62,674 nt of DNA, filler included, from 7 parts of 7 records of this genome joined end to end with filler, not necessarily neighbours in it, one strand, 5' to 3'. Shown: positions 12,101 through 22,669, numbered from the whole stretch's first letter. A program made the numbers and translations. The notes: generated from the letters alone by a model not told the origin.

Positions 12101-12780
12101 GTGAAGGTAAATTCGGTAAAGGAGTTCAATTTTTCTGGCCAGATGACTGGGCCAATCGTTCTCCACAAGAATATAGCCGGCTTGAAGCATCAATAGGTCC
12201 AAATGATCTTGGGCCTGTAGCAACTGTTTCTATGTGGTATAAACCAAACTGGGATTATCTGGACCGGGAAAGTTTTAAACAAGCAATCATTGAAAATCAC
12301 GCCGGATTTACAATGTTTGAAGCTGCTAAAATAGAGACAGAAAGAATGTGCCATTTGATGTGGGGAGATGAAGGAGAATTCATCAGTTTTAATATGGAAG
12401 ATGAAGCAGGACGCGGTTATGAAGCTCCGGATGATGAAGCAACGAATAATGGTTTATCAGAGTTAAATAATTTTCGAAAAGATCAATGGTATCATATAGC
12501 CGTTACCTGGAATTTTACAATACAACCATATGGAGTTGCTCTATTTGTGAACGGAGAAGAAATTGCACGTACACATCATGAAGGTCAGGAATTTTCCGAG
12601 TATGAGAATTTTACCTTTGGCGCTCATCGTCATAATTACCAGGCCATAGGAAGTGCAAATGGTGTATTGGATGAAATCCGAGCTTATAATCGTGAACTGG
12701 ATAAATCTGAAATCAAAATGCTTTATGAAGGAAAATCCGTTGAAAACGGATTGTTTTATTACCTTCCGTTAGATGAGTAA
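9136..12780 (+). CDS. Modular GH28-like beta-helix enzyme with CARDB/Ig-like repeats and C-terminal LamG domain
   Basis: YNIKDFGSTGDG, NRDG, EDD, RIKFGTES; several CARDB-like units (V.V.N.G..L..GETK..F); LamG motifs DKSGNG, WYHIAVTW, GVLDEIRAYNREL. Confidence 0.8.
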   Translation: MTKHSTGLLSIILIILSACFLYAQNSDISPVGINYNIKDFGSTGDGVTPDTYIIQDAVEMISEKGGGQLYFPPGDYLIGTIYLPDNITLNVGEGARIVGLPYDHPDYSRKGERVGSMILADKVKNVAIIGRGIIDGGGVSSGCSTPGCASKAIIFQKCKHVLVKDVTILKGGQTALELGGSHDVTISSILMDTNRDGIHVNGTNIRISDVVLNSDEDDVLVFKSGNTINNASLTSFVTITNSYVSGFKPGSVYDGTYKAGGGIGRIKFGTESSAGFSNITINNVIFDKCTGFHMSVVDGGILENIVISNIVMRDVANSPIFIRLGKRSPSRAPKCPPPGIIRNIMFDNLLATSANSVYSSIISGIPGHYIENISLNNIQITYTGGGTKDMADLVPPENEGLYPGPGNFGKLPAYGFYVRHAKGIRFNNVVLDYEQPDFRPAFVFNDVQDLYIHGAKIARASSDVPPIKFRGNIQDVQIIDTPSVSIVPFDVNDIRLSKNKVNAGESFSVFASVDCIEEGLAKVQLYLGENLNKTKYSWIKPGLENEIEFNDIQLYQAGKSTFQIGSRKTSIKVAPAPADLIVSNIESWSPSVEDIVAGSMLKSSVVTAQEPSLIRVTVQNKGSQASTKEYKLKINNEIVDAFSVKLNGGETKDFQFKHIFPTSGKYVIIVNEFETDIYAWNKSGEFMVDGIISIPSTPIAGEPFKIEMKVSDTEYRFGAKVCLYKDDKQIKNKVVFAGNDEEKLVKLDVPPQTAGKHNFSIRNANGKVHKSFNINIQERPELVNLMVNKKNVLVNEQFQTSARIKNKYSVEACLTLDLVVDGETIESKVLTVPAESEKEISFDLKLYKLGKHNISIDKMDPIIVRVQKGSTGNDLEYSDISINRNMLQPGESVEISCKVKNITYQEKTVNIPLNVNNQTLQDKILKLFPGQTREIVFRHQFDQKGEFNLNISDQESILVQVGLNEIPAIFKDKSGNGHFAKVECNPVWCEGKFGKGVQFFWPDDWANRSPQEYSRLEASIGPNDLGPVATVSMWYKPNWDYLDRESFKQAIIENHAGFTMFEAAKIETERMCHLMWGDEGEFISFNMEDEAGRGYEAPDDEATNNGLSELNNFRKDQWYHIAVTWNFTIQPYGVALFVNGEEIARTHHEGQEFSEYENFTFGAHRHNYQAIGSANGVLDEIRAYNRELDKSEIKMLYEGKSVENGLFYYLPLDE

Positions 12781-12798
12781 TTTATAAGAAAAGATAAA

Positions 12799-14867
12799 AT
12801 GGGATCAGATAACATGTTTAAATTATTTCGGTTGAATAAATATGGAAATGTAACTTTTTCTATTACCCTGTTTATTTTATTGGCTCTATCAAGTTGTGGT
12901 CACAACGATAAATCCGTGTGTTGGTATCCTGTTACTGGAGAGGAATCTAATGGGTGGATATCAGTTGATCCGAGTAGTGGGATTGCGGGCAAACTAGGGA
13001 CCTGGACTGTCACTTATAAAGCAGGTTTCACTGGAATTACAAATGGAGGTGGAATTCGAGTTCAGTTACCTGACACCTGGCATGCAGGTGTTCGTAATTC
13101 CGCCAATTCTTTACAATCTACCGATCCACAAAAGATACACTACATTTCTGCTAACTGTTCAAATCCACATGTGCAATTACAAACTATTGTTGAGCTGCAA
13201 AGTAAGAAAAAGAAAAAACTTGTCAAGCATCCCAAGATAGGCCTCGATAACAGGTATGAAAGATATGTTTTTGTTGTCAAAGTAAATGTTATTCAGGGGA
13301 TCCTGGTTAAGGGAGATTTGATTCATGTAGTTTATGGGGATACATCAAAGGGTAGTCCTGGTATGCTTGCTTCGATTGTTAGAACTGAACCTGAACCTAT
13401 CTTGTCTGCGGTAGATATCAATGGCGATGGTATTTTTGTACCAACAGCTGATGAACAAAAAAAATCTTTTCCGAGACCAACTATTCAGGCATTTAGTGAT
13501 TCTGCTGCAGAATTGTTGGTTAATGGCCCCAGTACACTTGTTGTAGGACAGATTGCTAAATTACATATTTCATTGGTTGATAAACATGCAAATCCGGTTA
13601 TGTCTTTTGATAAACAATTGACTTTGAAATCAATTGGATCAAAGGTTAATATACCAATGCAGGTGAAAATACCATCCGGGGAGGATGGACAGGTGGAGCA
13701 TGGGCGATTGTTGAATTTACTCCATTAGAATCTGGCAAATTGCAAATTCAGGTTGATACTGATGGTTTTACTAAGACAAGCAATCCAATGATAGTGCATG
13801 CTGAAAAGCCGCAATATTCTTTGTACTGGGGTGACATTCATTCCCATTCAAAATACAGCTGGGATGGCATAGGAGAAGGATCATTCGATTATGCTCGTTA
13901 TATTTCAGGATCAGATTTATATGCATTAACAGATCATGGTATAAAGCCTGATGTGGACTCTTTACCAAGAGGATTATGGTATCATAACTGGGAAGAGTAT
14001 AAAGCACTAACTGAGAAATATTACGATCCGGATCAATTTGTAACCTTACACGCATATGAATGTTCAATGAGAGAGCCATATGGGCATCATAACGTCTATT
14101 TTCGTAGCATGCCAGGGAATTTGTGGAGATATAGAGATACTTCTTTAAATGAACTCTGGGATCAATTAGAATCCGGACAGGCTCTTACAATTCCGCATCA
14201 TACAGGCAAGTTTCCACGAGGAATTGAATGGACTCCTGATGATCCGAAATTCCGAAGAAATATTGAAATTTATTCGGGGCACGGATTAAGTGAGACCTAT
14301 GATCCTGAACATGCGCTATCCTTTGAAAATTCTGTTTTTACTTCTAAAAGTAAATCAGCTCCCATATCTCAAACTGTTCAAGGTGCCTGGATGGCAGGTC
14401 TTCATCTAAGTACTATTGCAGGTTCTGACGAGCATTTTTCACATCCCGGGCAACCTCATTATGGAATTACAGCGGTTTTGGCACCGAAACTCACTCGCGA
14501 AGCCATTTTTGATGCATTGTATCAAAGACATACATATGCGACTACTGGTGAACGCATTTACTTAGATTTTAATATAAACGGTGAGATGATGGGGAGTGAA
14601 ATTAAAGTAAATATGCCTCCGCAGATTAACATTCATGCTATCGGTACTAATGAGATCACTCAATTAGAGTTATTAAAGTCAGAGTCTGGATCAGAATTTA
14701 CCGTAATTAAAAAATGGTCACCTGCTTCTCAGGAAATTAATGTTGAATATATTGATACAGAAATTTATACAAATGCGATTTATTACATACGGCTTACCCA
14801 AAAAAACTATGTACGTGGACTACCTTCCATGGCTTGGTCAAGTCCAATTTGGGTAATATATAATTAA
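12799..14867 (+). CDS. DUF3604 / PHP-family metallohydrolase, probable lipoprotein (frameshift at ~13680)
   Basis: LSSC lipobox; PHP motifs WGDIHSHS..DG, ALTDH, HHNV, TIPHHT, GSDEH, R.TYATTG, AWSSPIW. The two ORFs join with one more G in the run at 13678-13681. Confidence 0.75.
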
Positions 14868-14894
14868 ATTTTAATCAATTAGTGAGTCATACTA

Positions 14895-17036
14895 ATGAAT
14901 ATGTTATTAAGACGCTTTACTTTTGTTTCAATTGTGATTTTTGTATTAATGAACCAGGTATTTGCTGTATCCGGTCGATTTGATTTTAATAAATCCAGCA
15001 ACCTAATTACAGTAAAAGGAGAAACATTTCGATATGTTTGGGATTTGAACCGAGGAGGAGAGATCAGCATAATTGAAGTGGATGATGGCAGTGGAATGCT
15101 ACGAGTGAATAGCACTGCAAAAACTATGGGAACAGTGCCACATTATGCTTTTATTGATGAAAATGATCAAGAATTTGCATTATCAAATTGTAAAGATGCT
15201 GAATATGAGTTGATATACCAGAAAGAGGATGAAGTAAAGTTCCTCACTACCGGACATGCCTGTTTAAAAACAGGCGAGCAATCCCCCTGGATTATTGAAC
15301 AAACTTTCCGAGTTTTTGATGTTGGGGTTGTATTTTGTGATATCGATATTTGTTTAGAACCATATTCTCGTTTCATGCTTAAAAAAGCATCGATAACTTT
15401 TCCTGTGGATAAAGAAATAACTGACCATAAATTCCGCTGGACCTATGATAAAGCATGGCCTGATCCAGGTATGCAGCATGCGATTCCGCATACATTTTTA
15501 AGCATTAAAGATAGTGCTCATTACAAGCATGATTTTTATCCGTATGTTGGGATGAATTTCGGTCAAGGCAAAGATGTGCAATTTTCCAATCATGCCGAGT
15601 TTGTATTGGAAAACTGGAAAACAATGGGTGTGTATCTGATTGACAAAAAGCTTAATTTGAAAAGAGAATTAGGAGAAACTGAAGCTGCAGGATGTAGCTT
15701 TAAATATATAGAAAATCAAGGTATGAATTATACTTGGGAGCTATATAATGGATCCACCCCGGTGAGAATGGAACCACCATACCGTTATACAAACAGATGG
15801 GGGATTGGGGTAAGCGCTACACGCAACAGCTCGCGTAAAGAGGCACCTTTTCTTAGAAAAAACAGAGTCCTGGGATCAATTATGTACCATTGGGTCAATT
15901 ATCATGTTGGAGATGCCCGTCGAGGTAGTAAAGAATGGTATCCTACAAACACTCGGATAGATTCGATGGCCAGTTTCGGGTGTGATATACTCTTTTTACA
16001 TAATTGTTGGATGAGAAACGGCGGTTCCGGACGAGCTTATCGAGGAAATTACAGGATTGCCGATGTGAACGAATATAAACGAGTAATTGACTATTGCCAT
16101 GAAAAAGGGATCAAAGTTGGTGTTTATATGCGCGGTTGGGAATATGAGCAACTGGATCGTGATGTTTCATGGTTTAATGATTATTTAATTAAAGATTTTG
16201 ATGGGATATATGTTGATTGGACATCCTTCCTCTATCCTCCAACACCGGCATATCTTGAAGAGTTTCCAATATTTGGTGAAAAAGTTACTTCTTACCAACC
16301 TTCAAGAACCCATGTGCCGGCTTTTGCGAATTTTCTTTATACACGAAAGTTGAGAAATCTGGTTGGAGAAAATGGATTTTTAGTTGGGCATGTTGGTAAT
16401 AAAGAAAAAGAACCCACTACAATATCTATGTGCTACTTTGATGCCGTGTTGATTGGTGAAGGTCATCAATTGTTTGTTGAATCTCCTGAATATAATATAT
16501 ACTACAGCGGATTAGTTGGTAACGGTTGTACCATATGGGGTGCTGATGCTCTGCCAAAAACGCGTGCAAAGAGTTCCATGCCTTATTACGTCGCATTTGA
16601 TAATAATCCCAAGTTAGTTTTGGGTGTTAAAGATGCTATCAATCTGAGTCCCGAATATCATTATAATTATGTACTTTGGAAAATGTATCATGAACTTGAC
16701 GAAGAAAATTTGACTGTTTATAATCCCGCAACTGAAAATAAGGATATAGTCTCTTTTTCAGATTCTGATTTTTATGGAGTAGTCTATAAAGATATTAAGG
16801 GGAATATTCTATTAACTATTGGCAATTTTGGAAACGAAAGTGAATGTGATATTAAATTAAATTTTGATACAATTAATGCTAAAGGTAACTATGACGTATA
16901 TGAATTCAAAGGGTTCGATTATAGCAGTTTTACAAAAAAAGAAAATTGGTCAGAACAGGAACGGACGTTTAACAATTGGCCCCCTTCGCAAGTTGGAATA
17001 CCGCGGTTATCTGTTTCTTCCAGATTAAAACTGTAA
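14895..17036 (+). CDS. Secreted hypothetical protein, probable TIM-barrel glycoside hydrolase; possible frameshift near the C-terminus
   Basis: Signal peptide; ILFLHNCW, EYKRVIDYCHEKGIKVGVY and FDGIYVD are GH-like (beta/alpha)8 motifs. An alternative C-terminus (KIGQNRNG..YLFLPD*, stop 17028) follows the A run at ~16935. Confidence 0.5.
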   Translation: MNMLLRRFTFVSIVIFVLMNQVFAVSGRFDFNKSSNLITVKGETFRYVWDLNRGGEISIIEVDDGSGMLRVNSTAKTMGTVPHYAFIDENDQEFALSNCKDAEYELIYQKEDEVKFLTTGHACLKTGEQSPWIIEQTFRVFDVGVVFCDIDICLEPYSRFMLKKASITFPVDKEITDHKFRWTYDKAWPDPGMQHAIPHTFLSIKDSAHYKHDFYPYVGMNFGQGKDVQFSNHAEFVLENWKTMGVYLIDKKLNLKRELGETEAAGCSFKYIENQGMNYTWELYNGSTPVRMEPPYRYTNRWGIGVSATRNSSRKEAPFLRKNRVLGSIMYHWVNYHVGDARRGSKEWYPTNTRIDSMASFGCDILFLHNCWMRNGGSGRAYRGNYRIADVNEYKRVIDYCHEKGIKVGVYMRGWEYEQLDRDVSWFNDYLIKDFDGIYVDWTSFLYPPTPAYLEEFPIFGEKVTSYQPSRTHVPAFANFLYTRKLRNLVGENGFLVGHVGNKEKEPTTISMCYFDAVLIGEGHQLFVESPEYNIYYSGLVGNGCTIWGADALPKTRAKSSMPYYVAFDNNPKLVLGVKDAINLSPEYHYNYVLWKMYHELDEENLTVYNPATENKDIVSFSDSDFYGVVYKDIKGNILLTIGNFGNESECDIKLNFDTINAKGNYDVYEFKGFDYSSFTKKENWSEQERTFNNWPPSQVGIPRLSVSSRLKL

Positions 17037-17132
17037 AACTAATTCTTATCAACTCCAATATTTTTTACAAAGAATGTAAAAATCTATATAAATATCCAAA
17101 ACTAAACATAATTGAAATATGAGAGTAATCCA

Positions 17133-18110
17133 ATGACATCACGTGAAATTGTAACCAGAACATTACAATTTAATCAACCAGAAAGAGTTGCACGATCATT
17201 TCATGAACCTGATTTTTGTTTTGTAACTCATAATGTTAAGACATATGCAACAGATTGGCAAATAGTATCAAATGAAAGATGGGAATGTTTTGATGAATGG
17301 GGTAATACATGGGCCAGAATTGATCCAACATCCAAGGGTGAAGTCGTTAAAGGTGTTTTAGAAGATATTAAAACAATAGATAAATATAAATTCCCGGATT
17401 ACTCACATATTGAGGATTATGACAATGTACGAAAAATCCGGGAACAGAAACCTGACAAATGGTTAATCGCCGATTTCCCTGGATTTACATTTAATGTCGC
17501 ACGAAAAATGCGAAAATTGGACCAGTATCTGATAGATTTGTTAATAGAAAAAGATCGTATGCAGGCTCTACATGATCGCATAGATCAAATGCTGGAAGAC
17601 ATGATCCGTAATTTTGCGGCAAGTGGTGCAGATAGTATCTATTTCCCGGAAGATTGGGGTACTCAAACCACATTATTTATCAATCCTGATTTATGGAGAG
17701 AAGAATTCTACCCACGTTTTGAGAAATTGTGTAAAATTGCTCATGAATCAGGAATCAAAGTGTTTATGCATTCCTGCGGTAAGATAGATGTAATTGTTAA
17801 AGACCTGATTAAAGCGGGTATTGATGTGCTACAATTCGATCAGCCAGACCTTCATGGCATTGATAACCTCGCTGCTTATCAGGAAAATCATAATATCACT
17901 TTTTGGTGTCCTGTTGACATTCAACAAACACTTCAAACTCGTGATGAGACTATAATAAGAGATAAAGTAAGAGAAATGCTGAAAAAGTTATGGAAGTCCA
18001 AAGGCGGATTTATTGCAGGATTTTATGATGATAATCCTTCCATTGGTCTCGATCCAAAATGGCAGGACATTGCTTGTGATGAGTTTATTAAAGCCGGTGT
18101 CTCTGAATAA
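17133..18110 (+). CDS. Uroporphyrinogen decarboxylase-family (MtaA/CmuA-like) protein
   Basis: MTSRE start, DEWG..W, EDWGTQ..LFINP..WRE.FYP, FMHSCG, PVDIQ, GGFI. Confidence 0.8.
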   Translation: MTSREIVTRTLQFNQPERVARSFHEPDFCFVTHNVKTYATDWQIVSNERWECFDEWGNTWARIDPTSKGEVVKGVLEDIKTIDKYKFPDYSHIEDYDNVRKIREQKPDKWLIADFPGFTFNVARKMRKLDQYLIDLLIEKDRMQALHDRIDQMLEDMIRNFAASGADSIYFPEDWGTQTTLFINPDLWREEFYPRFEKLCKIAHESGIKVFMHSCGKIDVIVKDLIKAGIDVLQFDQPDLHGIDNLAAYQENHNITFWCPVDIQQTLQTRDETIIRDKVREMLKKLWKSKGGFIAGFYDDNPSIGLDPKWQDIACDEFIKAGVSE

Positions 18111-18131
18111 TATGATTAAAGGAATTCTAAA

Positions 18132-19187
18132 ATGAAAAATTTTTCACTAATATTTTTAACAATAATATTTTGTTCTAGTTTATCTATTGCCAAAAAAAAG
18201 GATATCCCATGGCCACAAGGTTGTACAGAGGTCCAATATCCTTCAAAAGCAGACCAATCTAATCAACCTGCTATGGTATATACTCCCAAGCAAGATGGAA
18301 ATAAACGACCTCTATTGGTTGCCCTTCATACCTGGTCAGGGCATCATAAGCAAAGAGGGAGCATTAAATATGCTGAATGGTGTATTCAAAATGATTGGTA
18401 TATGATACATCCAAATTTTCGAGGTCCAAATAAAACCCCACAAGCCATGGGGTCAGAGTTAGTTGTTAATGACATCGTAAGCGCTGTGGAGTATATGAAA
18501 AAAAATTATGCTATTGATAATGATCGCATTTATCTTATGGGAGGCTCTGGTGGAGGACATGCAGCATTACTGATGGCAGGTAGAACTCCTGACATCTGGG
18601 CTGGTGTTTCTGCATGGTGTGGTATTACAGATATTCAAAAGTGGTGGGATGAAACAAGGTCCGATTCAAAAAATTCCAAATATGCCGAAAATATTGAAAT
18701 GGCAGTCGGTGGGAAACCTTCACCTTCCAGCAAAGAAGCTGATGAATGTAAAAAACGCTCTCCGGTTACTTATTTAAACAGAGCTAAAAAAGTAAAACTG
18801 GATATTAATCATGGTGTAATGGATGGCAGAACAGGGAGTGTACCATTTACTCATTCATTACATGCTTTCAATTTGATATGTCAGGAAAAAGACCAGCTTT
18901 CTAACAAGGAGATTAAACAATTTTATAAAGATGCTCAAAAACCGGGAAACTTGAAAAGTGAATCACTTGTAGATCCGCTATATGGCGATAGCGAACCTTT
19001 ATTTAGAAGAGTATCAGACAATGTCAGGATCACAATATTTAATGGAGGCCATGAAAATATATTTGTAGCCGGTCTAAATTGGCTCTCTATTCAGAATAAA
19101 AATAAGCCGGTGGAATGGAATATTAGTGATCCCATTAAAGTAAAGTCATGGGAAAATGAAACAAACGCTAAAAAAATAGAGAGATAG
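18132..19187 (+). CDS. Secreted alpha/beta hydrolase (prolyl oligopeptidase / esterase-like)
   Basis: Signal peptide; PLLVALHTW; nucleophile elbow GGSGGG; HG..D; GGHE. Confidence 0.8.
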   Translation: MKNFSLIFLTIIFCSSLSIAKKKDIPWPQGCTEVQYPSKADQSNQPAMVYTPKQDGNKRPLLVALHTWSGHHKQRGSIKYAEWCIQNDWYMIHPNFRGPNKTPQAMGSELVVNDIVSAVEYMKKNYAIDNDRIYLMGGSGGGHAALLMAGRTPDIWAGVSAWCGITDIQKWWDETRSDSKNSKYAENIEMAVGGKPSPSSKEADECKKRSPVTYLNRAKKVKLDINHGVMDGRTGSVPFTHSLHAFNLICQEKDQLSNKEIKQFYKDAQKPGNLKSESLVDPLYGDSEPLFRRVSDNVRITIFNGGHENIFVAGLNWLSIQNKNKPVEWNISDPIKVKSWENETNAKKIER

Positions 19188-19261
19188 TTTTGCAGGTTGC
19201 TTACCAATTCTTTTATTAATTTTTTACACTATTTTTTAGAATTTAAGAATCGGAGATAGAA

Positions 19262-19684
19262 ATGAAGATTGTTGTACTTGATGGCTATACTTTAAATCCT
19301 GGAGATTTGAGTTGGGATAATCTTTTAAAATTAGGAGAATGTCAAGTTTTTGAACGAACACCAAAAGATTTGATCCATGAACGCATAAAAGACGCGGATG
19401 TTGTTTTAACCAATAAAACTGTTTTAGATAGAGATAGAATTAATTTAATGGATAATTGTAAATATATTGGTGTAATGGCTACTGGATATAATGTCGTTGA
19501 TCTGGAAGCAGCCACTGAGAAAAATATAATTGTTACAAATGTTCCAGCATATTCAACTCAATCTGTTGCTCAAATGGTTTTTGCCCATATTTTAAACCTT
19601 GCTCAACATGTAGCTAATCATGCTGAAACAGTTTGTTTGGGTAAATGGTCATCAAGTAAACATTTTTGCTATTGGGATTACCCC
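19262..19684 (+). CDS. hprA: D-2-hydroxyacid dehydrogenase (glycerate dehydrogenase-like), 3' truncated
   Basis: MKIVVLDGYTLNPGDLSW, YIGVMATGYNVVD, VTNVPAYST.SVAQ; runs into the gap. Confidence 0.8.
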
Positions 19685-19784
19685 NNNNNNNNNNNNNNNN
19701 NNNNNNNNNNNNNNNNNNNNNNNNNNNNTTAATTAATTAANNNNNNNNNNNNNNNNNNNNNNNNNNNNNNNNNNNNNNNNNNNN
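19685..19784. other. Artificial contig spacer
   Basis: 44 N + TTAATTAATTAA (stops in all six frames) + 44 N. Confidence 0.98.
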
Positions 19785-21605
19785 GGTCGTGAGGTAGACA
19801 GAGACGAGCTACCAAGAATATGGAGTACAAAAGATGGCTGGAAGCTGTGGAACTCTATATCAAAAAACATTGATGACGCTTATGCAATGCGGCTATCTCA
19901 ATCCACAATGCTAGGTCACCTTACATCTGTAAAGAACAGTTTAAAAGACACAGCAAACAATACTTTTGCTGAGTGCTTATCTCACAATATATTAGAAATA
20001 GTAAAAGCAAAGAAAGACTTGTCATTACATAATATCATAATCTGTGGTTCATGCGCACCTATAAAGGAACCCGACTGGCTAGCGAAGCTAAAGAGAGAAA
20101 TTACAGCCAGCACAAAGGAAACTTTTACAGCACAAAGTATTGTACTCACTTCAAACACATACAACACTATAGCCAAAGGAGCAAGTTTATACGGCACACG
20201 AAAAGCTAGAGGAGAGCCCACATACTACGACACCATCCCAAAACTATCAATGCTTTCAACAGAGAACAACAGGCAAGTCTGGAAGCTAATGACACCAGAT
20301 GATATATGGGAAGGTGGCGAGAAGTATTTCAAGGAAATACCAGGCTTTGCAATCAATAAGAATGCAACATCTATGGATATCTATCTAGAAAAAGAACTCG
20401 ACCAGAGTGTTAATAATAATAACACCATAGAAACTACCCCATACAGAAAAAATATTGTAGACTTTGGAAAAAAAACAGCCAAGGAGATTCCAGTAACCAT
20501 AGATGTGAGTATAACACCTGCAAGCGGATTAGCAAATATCGCAATTACCCCTAATGATAATTCATTCAGAAACGGACGAAGTGAAGTGTTTAATTATGAC
20601 CGAATGGAGAAAATTTTAGAAAACGATTTACCAAAAGAAAAAATCGGCTACCCAGACACCGTAAAGCTTTCGTGCTACACTGGCATAAATATACTCTTAT
20701 ATGAGAATATCAAAAATGACTGTCTTGCACTACTGAATAGTAAAGAAATTTTAACACAAATACAATTGCAGCAACAAGTCAACAAGAGCTTAAGAATGTA
20801 CAACTCTCTTAATGGTAAAAAAGAATTTTGTACAGACACGTATGGCAATTCTGAAGATAAAGAACTCAATATAATGCTCAATAAGATAAGTACAAGGGCA
20901 GACCAAGAGTTAGAATGTAAAGTATCTTCAGACGATGAAATGGACAACCATACTGATAATTTTGTCTGGTTCAAAACCTTAATACCCCAAACGTTAAGGC
21001 ACTACATTATTGAGTATTTCGATTTTGCAACTGGAAATAATATTACAAATGGCAAAACTAACCAAGCAAAGTATTGGCAGCAATATTGCAAATATTGCTC
21101 AAGAGTAATAAGCGCAAAAGAAGATTACTCTATTTTCTTTAATTGTATTGTAACAAGAATTAAAAAGGATACGCAAATACCGTTTCCAATGTATGCTATG
21201 GATGAAATTGTAAGAATACTTATGCATAAAGAAGATGGCTGGGAAGGGCTAACTAAAGGTATTGCTAAAACATTTGTAAGAGCTGCTATTAAAGAGATTA
21301 ACAATCAGTTTGCTCAAGGCAACTTCCAAAAGAAATTCCTGGCTTGTGCAAAGCTATTTCTTGCATTATTACGTTTCAGGAAAAATGACGATAGCTTTCT
21401 CGATCCGAATGAGCCACAATATAAGAAACTTTTTGAAGATATATCTAAGATACTGACTCAAGGAGCAAAGGAAATAGCAAGAAAAGAACCAAATCAGAGA
21501 GTAAAAATAGAAGAAGTGCGTGACACTATTATTGACTATATGAAGCATGAAGGCGTGCCCGGTCTACCCCAATTATTGCTAGAGGAAGAGGAAGAAGAAG
21601 AATGA
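19785..21605 (+). CDS. Divergent Hsp70/DnaK-fold-like protein, 5' truncated
   Basis: Frame is open from the contig start. IIICGS..P, TIAKGASLYG, YYDTIPKLSM and IPVTIDVSITPASGLANIAI align by eye, in order, with DnaK VILVGG..P, AVAIGAAVQG, LLDVTPLSLG and PQIEVTFDIDADGILHVSA. Helical C-terminus with poly-Glu tail. Confidence 0.4.
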   Translation, partial: GREVDRDELPRIWSTKDGWKLWNSISKNIDDAYAMRLSQSTMLGHLTSVKNSLKDTANNTFAECLSHNILEIVKAKKDLSLHNIIICGSCAPIKEPDWLAKLKREITASTKETFTAQSIVLTSNTYNTIAKGASLYGTRKARGEPTYYDTIPKLSMLSTENNRQVWKLMTPDDIWEGGEKYFKEIPGFAINKNATSMDIYLEKELDQSVNNNNTIETTPYRKNIVDFGKKTAKEIPVTIDVSITPASGLANIAITPNDNSFRNGRSEVFNYDRMEKILENDLPKEKIGYPDTVKLSCYTGINILLYENIKNDCLALLNSKEILTQIQLQQQVNKSLRMYNSLNGKKEFCTDTYGNSEDKELNIMLNKISTRADQELECKVSSDDEMDNHTDNFVWFKTLIPQTLRHYIIEYFDFATGNNITNGKTNQAKYWQQYCKYCSRVISAKEDYSIFFNCIVTRIKKDTQIPFPMYAMDEIVRILMHKEDGWEGLTKGIAKTFVRAAIKEINNQFAQGNFQKKFLACAKLFLALLRFRKNDDSFLDPNEPQYKKLFEDISKILTQGAKEIARKEPNQRVKIEEVRDTIIDYMKHEGVPGLPQLLLEEEEEEE

Positions 21606-22348
21606 AAACACACACTATCTTAGTAGTAACATCAATCATTTCGATGAGCTTCCTCACCCATGGCATATGTAGTGAACAGGAACTGACAACTAATGAAATT
21701 GCTGCCAATACCATAAAAAACACAGCCATGATTGAAAAGCTAGAAAAGGAAGTTGACGAGTTAAAGGAGCTAGTCAAGCAACTTGCAACCAGAATTACCG
21801 GTAATGCTGGTCTTGAGGAATACAAAGTTATAAAAATCATCGATGGAGACACTATAGAAGTCAAAGATGACAATAACATTATAACCAGAATCAGACTGCT
21901 AAACATAAATACGCCAGAAATGGGGCGTATTTACAGTTACGAAGCAAAAGAATTCTTAGCCTCATGCATAGACAATAAAGTTATAAAGTTAAAGAGCAAT
22001 GGTGAGTATGACGAACACGGCAGGCTACTCGGAACAATATACTATAATAATGAAAATATCAACGAAAGAATTATCCGAGCTGGCTGGGCAAAGACCTTTA
22101 TGACCAGTGGGAACAGTATCAACCTCTACCAAGCTCAAGAAGCTGCAAAGAATGACAAAGTAGGCCTCTGGCAAGTTTATAAAATTCCCAAAAACTTCAA
22201 TGGTGTTCTTGTCACCACAAATGGTGATAAGTACCATCAAGAAGGATGCTGGTATATCAAAGACAAATCTGTGATACCTATCCCATACGCTGAACTACCA
22301 AAGTACAGCTACATAAAATGCCATAGATTCAAAGGCAAAATCAAGTAA
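21602..22348 (+). CDS. Thermonuclease (SNase) family protein with signal peptide, coiled coil and C-terminal KYH..GC motif
   Basis: VIKIIDGDTI, IRLLNINTPE, DEHGRLLG, G.A, AK..KVGLW; ATGA overlap with the upstream gene. Confidence 0.85.
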   Translation: MKTHTILVVTSIISMSFLTHGICSEQELTTNEIAANTIKNTAMIEKLEKEVDELKELVKQLATRITGNAGLEEYKVIKIIDGDTIEVKDDNNIITRIRLLNINTPEMGRIYSYEAKEFLASCIDNKVIKLKSNGEYDEHGRLLGTIYYNNENINERIIRAGWAKTFMTSGNSINLYQAQEAAKNDKVGLWQVYKIPKNFNGVLVTTNGDKYHQEGCWYIKDKSVIPIPYAELPKYSYIKCHRFKGKIK

Positions 22349-22669
22349 TTCGCAATACGAAAATCTATCAAAACCGAATAAGTAAGGCAAATTATGTAAA
22401 TATGTTTTTTATACAATAAACATCATAAAACCTCGCTCTCATGGTAACTTGAAGGACTATCCAAGTTACAGCCGTTAAACCTCAACATAAATATCAACGT
22501 TTCAACAAGAATAAACAACTTAATGACTCACGCTGAAATTGATCAAAATACATTGTGTCCCAAAAGTGCGTATTTAAACAATAACCATACGTATTTATTC
22601 AGACAATCAGAGCAAAATATCACTAACAACTCAAACCCTGTAATATCTTAAAATGCAAATACAAACTAC

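Noticed and set aside
19729-19740. Recurrent TTAATTAATTAA palindrome and ORFs ending in XXXX-LIN
   Set aside because: Artificial six-frame-stop linker inside N padding, not biological.
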